In this document: piece by piece, positions 34,861 through 39,932 of the stretch
Numbering within the stretch: the first letter of the stretch is position 1
Layout of the letters: each line of letters opens with the position of its first letter
DNA from: Myxococcota bacterium
GTDB lineage: Bacteria; Myxococcota_C; UBA6777
DNA length: 39,932 nt
Reading direction: 5' to 3'
Assembly (NCBI GenBank): GCA_023150835.1
Contig: JAKLKB010000076.1
Location: 1-39,932, forward strand
The notes under the pieces: generated by a model
Told to the model about the DNA's origin: nothing
Database searches by the model: none
Seen by the model: only the letters and a program-made list of their open reading frames with translations
Made by a program: the position numbers and the translations under genes

Positions 34861-37800
34861 TTAGCGGGTGCCTTTGCGGGTGAGTAGGACGAGATCACGG
34901 GCGATCTCGCTGAAGACGGCAGGAGGAAGTTCTCGCCAAGCGATCTTTGCTTTTTCGTCGGAGACTTCGACACTACGGATATCGACGTCGCTGTCATCGT
35001 CCATGATCTCGGGATACCAACCGCCGTGGCGAAGGGTCACAAAGTAGGGTCCGATCTTGGTGTTGCAAGAAAAGATAAGCCCGGCATCTTCGCGGTCTCC
35101 GCGCTCGTATCCGCATTTTTGAAGCGCGCTGATGAAGGACAGCGAACCCACCGCAGGCAGTTGAACAAGCCACGCGGCATCGGTTTCGGGGAAGTCTGCG
35201 AGGTGGAAGACTTCGCGTTGGAGTTGGGGAAAAAGTGGTTTGCGGCCCATCGCATCGAGCCGATCGATCCATGCTTGGCGTTCTTTGTCGGTCAGGGAGA
35301 TCGGGTGAAGCAGGCGTACAAAGCCTTGGGTCGGCAGTTTGTAGGTTTTGCTGTTGGTTTGGATGAGGCGGAAATCATCTTGGAGCACAAACGTGCCGAT
35401 GGGCTGGTCGCTTGGATCGAGGGCTTCCCAGACGAGTGTTTTTCCAAGGCGATAGAAGAGTGGATGTTCGAGGAAGCGTGCGCGCCACTCTGCAACGGGC
35501 CAGCGTCGTTGTGCGCGCAAGGCGTCTTCGAGGCGCAGGCCGAGAGATTTGTAGAGAGGAGGAAGATGTTTTTTGACGGAGGCAAAGTGTTTTTGACTGG
35601 CTTCGGCTTGGGCGGCGTCGTCGTCTTTGCGGGGGGCAGGAAGGGCCTTGAGTGCCTTGCCGAGGTGGTCGGAGAGGGTCATCGAAAAGTCATCGGCCAA
35701 AACGACGCGGAAGGCGCGAGGACCATAAGACAAAGTCATCTGGCCATCGATCGAAAAGCCCATATCGGAGATGGCGCTTTCGATCAGTTCTTCGGTGGTC
35801 ATGCCGCGTTCTTGAGCCATCTTTCGGAGTCCACGACCTGCACGAGACTTGAGAGCTTCGCGTTTGCCCTTGCGGTGGGCATGATCGAGGTGGCGGATCG
35901 CTTCGGCAGAGCCGTGTCGTGCGAGAGCTTCGACGCCATCATCGCCCCAACGGGTACTTCGGGAGCTTGCGAGTTTGTCAAGCTGGGCAGCGATGGCATC
36001 GATCTGTTGGGGGCTTCCAAAGATCGACTGTGTGTAAAGCGGCCAGCCATCGTCAAAACGGGAGCCTTTGGCGACGATGGCTTCGGAGAGCGCGTGGCAG
36101 CTTGTGTCGCTAAGGCGAGGCCGCAAAGCGCGCAGCAAAGGTGAGCGGCGCTGGAAGTTTTCTTGGGTGACCTCGGCGACGATCCATTGTTGGGCGGCGG
36201 AAGCGACGGAGCTTCCAGTTTTCCAGAGCAAGGTGGGCAGAGGTGCTCTAAGGAGCGTGGCGGGGAGGGGTTGGAGAGGCAATCGCGCAAGGGCTTGTTC
36301 GAGGGCTTTGTGGCCCTCGGAGGTTTCGGGAAAAGCAGAGATATCGAAGTGTTCCGTTTCAAGCTTTGCGATGGCTGTTTGGAAGGCTTGTTGGACGCGG
36401 GGATGTTTTTCGGAGGGCGCGGCTTTTTGAAGTGCTGCGAGGGCTTTTGCGCCACCGAAAGAGGCCATCCACTCGGCAGCTTCGCAGCGTGTGTCGATGT
36501 TTTTGTTTTCGATCAGAGGAAGAACGACATCAACGACCGACTCACCGAGGTTTGCGAGTTTGTCAAAGGCAGCGCGCCGCGTGGTCTTGCGTTTGTCTTG
36601 TGTGCGTTCGATCAGGGCGTCGATCATCTCGGTTGGACGGTGTTCGATGAACCAGTCGAGCGTGGAAGTGTCGTCAAATCCAGAGGCATAATGGCCCATG
36701 CTTTTGGGGCGGTGGAATCGGCCTTGTTGGATCAGGGACTTGATCGCCTCAAGCAGCTCGGGAAAGTCATCCGCGACGGCGCTCAAGAAGGTTCGACCGT
36801 CCCATCGATCAAAGGCGGGGATACAGAGCGCGGCGTGTTGGAGGGCTTCGGGGGTGTGCTTCAGTTGTTCGAGCAGCGCAAGCCAATTTTCATAAGGCGA
36901 GCCGTAAGCCGAAAGGTATGTTCCAAAGAATTCTTTTTCTAAGAATCGCCAGTAGAGCGAGATCAGTGTGGGGCCGATGTGCAGATGCTGCGCCCATGTT
37001 TCGCCTTTGCTGGAGATGAGATCGTCGAGGATCTGTGATTCGTCGGTGGAGAGGGTCGTGGTGGTGGGGGCTTGGATGGTTTCAAGGAGTGCGAGGATCT
37101 CTTTGGCTTTTTCGGTGGCGCGCTGCGTTTGTGCGAGAGCGAACACCTCGGGATGTGGCGGATATTCGGCCAATAAACTGGCGACTGTGAGGCGCGTTTC
37201 TTTGCGTTTGGAACAAAGCAAGGGCGCAAGATAGGGCAATGTGGTTTGGGGGGGGAGGCGGCGCAAGGCTTCGGAAGCGATGTGGCGGATGCTTTTGGAC
37301 TGATCCTGAAGGACAAAAGCCAAACCTTCGATGGCTTCGGCGTCTTGGTTGAGTGCGAGGATCTCAACAAAGAGATAGCGTTGTGGACAGGACCCAGTTT
37401 GGAGCGCGTGTTTGGCGTAGGGAACGAGCGCTTGGGCGATGGGTCCAAGCAGGCCCCCTTTGTGTTCAAAGGTGTAGTAGGAACGGGTGAGCGATTGGAG
37501 GATCTCTTGGGTTTCGTAGTCTGGACTTACGGAGATGGCGGAGAGGCGATCGGTGATGTGTTGGAGGACGGGAGGTGTTGGGCAGGCGGGGAGCCAATAC
37601 CAGTGGGGGTTTTGCTGTTGGAGAAAGATTTTTTCAAGGCGGTCTTGCGGGATCTGTTGCATCAGCTCTTGGGTTTCAAGGATGAACTTTCCAATATTGG
37701 TTCCTCCCCATCCGATGCGAAATGTTTTGAGAAAATCTTGAAAGAAGATATCAAAAAAGGTAGGAGGCGTATGTGAAAGCAGCTTACAAAGCCGCAAGTA

Positions 37801-38667
37801 GATCGCAACATAAGCGAAATAAGGCCATCGAACGCGGTTGTCGTCGGGGTAAGGTTCGACCTTGAGTGTCTGGAGGTGTGCTTCGAGGTGAGGCAGAAAG
37901 CTGTGTGGGAAGATATCGCCAAGCGTAGGCAGGTGTTGGTTGGAGAAAGTATTGCGGCATCTTGCGATGAGTGCGATCTGGTCTTGTGGAGAAGGGCAAA
38001 AAGGGATCAGATCCCGAAGGACGTGTGCTTGTTCAAAGGTGATATCGGGATCTTGGAGGGCCGTTTGAACGAGCAACGGCCCCCACACATCGGGAGGAAA
38101 GGCGTGAGGGCGAGACCAATAGCGCTCTTCCCCTGCGCTGTGGCGGAGATGGGTTTCGGCGATCTTTTCGGCGATTTTTTCTGGGATATCTTTATAAGAG
38201 ATCATTTGAAATTGAGCCAGAGTGTATCCGATTGCAATACGGAAAGGGTCGGGCAAATCGAGCCATTCTTCTTGGAGAGTCTGCGCAAAGTCTTTGTCTT
38301 GTTGTTTGGCCTCGATCAGATCGCGCAAACCGTAGAAGTGGCCGGGAAGATCCTCCTCTGAGTGGATGCTGTAGCGGTTGCCGTAGTTGGTTGCGTGGGT
38401 TGCGTCAGGGAAGTGTTTGTTGATGCTCTTGATCAAGCGGATGAAGTCGTCGCCTGAATAGGCGTCTTTGTCTTGAAAGAGCCGTTGCCAAAGTTCGCGG
38501 TGTTCGCCGAGATCGATGTGATAATCGCGAAAGTTCTCCCACAAGATTTTTGTAAGATAAGCAGGTTCTTTGTTGGTAAGGACAGCGCGTAATTTTTCAT
38601 CGAGGCGATAGTCGCCTTTGAAGCGTTCGATCACGGAAAGGATCTTGCTGTGTTCTTCGTTCATCAT
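34861..38667 (-). CDS. HEAT-repeat and DUF4132-domain protein (~1268 aa)
   Basis: HEAT-like repeats; C-terminal MGFSIDG..LSYGPR.F, GKALKALP, RLEDA....RRW....W...F..HP......LVW, LLHPI, FPQLQRE; TGATG coupling to meaB. Confidence 0.85.
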   Translation of the reverse strand: MMNEEHSKILSVIERFKGDYRLDEKLRAVLTNKEPAYLTKILWENFRDYHIDLGEHRELWQRLFQDKDAYSGDDFIRLIKSINKHFPDATHATNYGNRYSIHSEEDLPGHFYGLRDLIEAKQQDKDFAQTLQEEWLDLPDPFRIAIGYTLAQFQMISYKDIPEKIAEKIAETHLRHSAGEERYWSRPHAFPPDVWGPLLVQTALQDPDITFEQAHVLRDLIPFCPSPQDQIALIARCRNTFSNQHLPTLGDIFPHSFLPHLEAHLQTLKVEPYPDDNRVRWPYFAYVAIYLRLCKLLSHTPPTFFDIFFQDFLKTFRIGWGGTNIGKFILETQELMQQIPQDRLEKIFLQQQNPHWYWLPACPTPPVLQHITDRLSAISVSPDYETQEILQSLTRSYYTFEHKGGLLGPIAQALVPYAKHALQTGSCPQRYLFVEILALNQDAEAIEGLAFVLQDQSKSIRHIASEALRRLPPQTTLPYLAPLLCSKRKETRLTVASLLAEYPPHPEVFALAQTQRATEKAKEILALLETIQAPTTTTLSTDESQILDDLISSKGETWAQHLHIGPTLISLYWRFLEKEFFGTYLSAYGSPYENWLALLEQLKHTPEALQHAALCIPAFDRWDGRTFLSAVADDFPELLEAIKSLIQQGRFHRPKSMGHYASGFDDTSTLDWFIEHRPTEMIDALIERTQDKRKTTRRAAFDKLANLGESVVDVVLPLIENKNIDTRCEAAEWMASFGGAKALAALQKAAPSEKHPRVQQAFQTAIAKLETEHFDISAFPETSEGHKALEQALARLPLQPLPATLLRAPLPTLLWKTGSSVASAAQQWIVAEVTQENFQRRSPLLRALRPRLSDTSCHALSEAIVAKGSRFDDGWPLYTQSIFGSPQQIDAIAAQLDKLASSRSTRWGDDGVEALARHGSAEAIRHLDHAHRKGKREALKSRAGRGLRKMAQERGMTTEELIESAISDMGFSIDGQMTLSYGPRAFRVVLADDFSMTLSDHLGKALKALPAPRKDDDAAQAEASQKHFASVKKHLPPLYKSLGLRLEDALRAQRRWPVAEWRARFLEHPLFYRLGKTLVWEALDPSDQPIGTFVLQDDFRLIQTNSKTYKLPTQGFVRLLHPISLTDKERQAWIDRLDAMGRKPLFPQLQREVFHLADFPETDAAWLVQLPAVGSLSFISALQKCGYERGDREDAGLIFSCNTKIGPYFVTLRHGGWYPEIMDDDSDVDIRSVEVSDEKAKIAWRELPPAVFSEIARDLVLLTRKGTR

Positions 38668-39725
38668 CAAGGCTCCGAGGTTTGGGGTGGAAGAGAGGTC
38701 GAAGGATGCGTTGGGGTATGGAGCGCGTGCGTGTCGTTGTGTGACACAGGAGTAGATGCGGCCCATGACCAAAATTGCGTATCAAAGGCGATCTGGGCGT
38801 GTTCAAAGGAGGGTTGGGTGCGTAAGTATGCGGTTGGGGTTGTTTTTTTTGCAGAGAGGCAACGCAGAGCTTGTTGGCCGTACTGATCGAGGAGCCAACG
38901 ATGGAAGGCGTAGGCTTCGCGCTGGTGCATGGACGCATGGAGCGGGGGTGGGCGGTAGGCGGCGATCTCGGCAGCAAGGGCATCAAGTCCTTCTTGGGTG
39001 TGGATGCTGGTGCGAACCAGCGCAGGAGAGGGGGCTTGTGGAGAGCGAAGCAGACCGAGGGCGGCTTGGAGGGCGTGGTAGGTTGCGTTTGCTGCGGGTG
39101 CATCGGCCTTGTGCAAGACAAAAGCGTCGGGGATCTCCATGATGCCTGCTTTGATGAATTGGAGTTCGTCACCCGCCAGCGGAGAAAGCAACAAGTACAC
39201 GCGATCCGCAGCGTGACGGATGGACACTTCGGACTGCCCGATGCCAACGGTCTCGATCAACACCAAGTCAAATAGCCAGTACAACAATCGGCAGACTTGG
39301 AATGTTTTTCGGCTTAATCCTCCCAGATCTTGATCCGAAGATTGGCTACGAAAAAAGCATCTTTTTTCGTGTAAAGGAAGTCGGACACGTGTGCGATCCC
39401 CCAAGATCGCTCCACCCGTCAAGGGGCTAGATGGATCGATGGCAAGTACCGCGATGTGCAGATGATTTGGGTGCGCCAGTAGTCGGGGAAGTAGGGCGGC
39501 GATCAATGAAGACTTGCCAGCGCCCGGGGTTCCTGTCAGCCCGATAAATGCGGCGCAACGGGCTTGGGCGGATTGGAGGGCAGAAAGCACGTCGTGTCGG
39601 TATTGCGCGGCTTGGGGGCGTGTGTCTTCAAATAGCGATATCAGCCTTGCGATGGACCATTTGTCGTGCTGTTGCGCTCCTTGGATCAGGCGTTCCGTGT
39701 CGTGTGCGGAGGGGTGGGTGTGCAA
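38667..39725 (-). CDS. meaB: MeaB/ArgK-family GTPase (B12-mutase chaperone)
   Basis: IGLTGTPGAGKSS, AIDPSSPLTGGAILGDRTR, IETVGIGQSE, GDELQFIKAGIMEIPD, HKAD; start uncertain (TTG 39725). Confidence 0.85.
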   Translation of the reverse strand: MHTHPSAHDTERLIQGAQQHDKWSIARLISLFEDTRPQAAQYRHDVLSALQSAQARCAAFIGLTGTPGAGKSSLIAALLPRLLAHPNHLHIAVLAIDPSSPLTGGAILGDRTRVRLPLHEKRCFFRSQSSDQDLGGLSRKTFQVCRLLYWLFDLVLIETVGIGQSEVSIRHAADRVYLLLSPLAGDELQFIKAGIMEIPDAFVLHKADAPAANATYHALQAALGLLRSPQAPSPALVRTSIHTQEGLDALAAEIAAYRPPPLHASMHQREAYAFHRWLLDQYGQQALRCLSAKKTTPTAYLRTQPSFEHAQIAFDTQFWSWAASTPVSHNDTHALHTPTHPSTSLPPQTSEP

Positions 39726-39825
39726 TGTTGTTCTCGTTGTGTGGCTGTTTGGGTTTGTGTTTGGGTTTGTGTTGTGGGGCATTGCCCCATACGCGCCTTG
39801 TGAAGCGGAGGAAAGCCCCCCACCC

Positions 39826-39932
39826 CGCCCTCCCCCGTGAACAGGGGAGGGAGCGAAAGTCGGAAGCATCGGGGATTTTGTTTTTTCATGACGCACGCTG
39901 TATGCACCAAATGCAGACGCTGCCCGTTCCAA
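39826..39932. repeat. Repeat family C second copy (inverted, runs off the right edge)
   Basis: Reverse complement of 8926-9032. Confidence 0.9.

Noticed and set aside
35026-36144. Long antisense ORFs (e.g. 35026..36144, 28033..28923, 7745..8590, 30469..31338)
   Set aside because: Shadow frames opposite well-supported genes, with no recognisable motifs

Overview
This ~40 kb bacterial window has moderate-to-high GC. A MYXO-CTERM-like protein, a DUF6209-like lipoprotein, a eukaryote-like kinase and a Pxr-like sRNA suggest Myxococcota. I saw no rRNA, tRNA, CRISPR array or intact transposase. Main contents: (1) an 8-gene minus-strand operon (21634->10326) of radical SAM, three uncharacterised proteins, a soluble FtsH-like AAA+/M41 protease, a 1077-aa protein, a MoxR/RavA ATPase and a MIDAS-less ViaA/vWA-like protein, matching the computationally predicted 'FtsH ternary' conflict system; (2) an unannotated sigma54-driven ~125-nt RNA with a C-rich stem-loop and terminator (10164-10315) resembling myxobacterial Pxr; (3) a Ser/Thr kinase-2TM-FGE/CLec protein whose 3' end has the codon signature of a diversity-generating retroelement (DGR) variable region, with no RT or template in the window, followed by a 5'-truncated Rpn gene; (4) phoB/phoR plus a Pho-box-preceded DUF2252 lipoprotein/porin-like/lamin-tail cluster; (5) other genes (MtfA peptidase, RluA synthase, GST-N protein, ADP-ribosylglycohydrolase, MATE, DUF4132-HEAT, MeaB); (6) three families of REP/MITE-like repeats clustering in intergenic gaps. 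All family assignments come from motif recognition by eye, not database searches.
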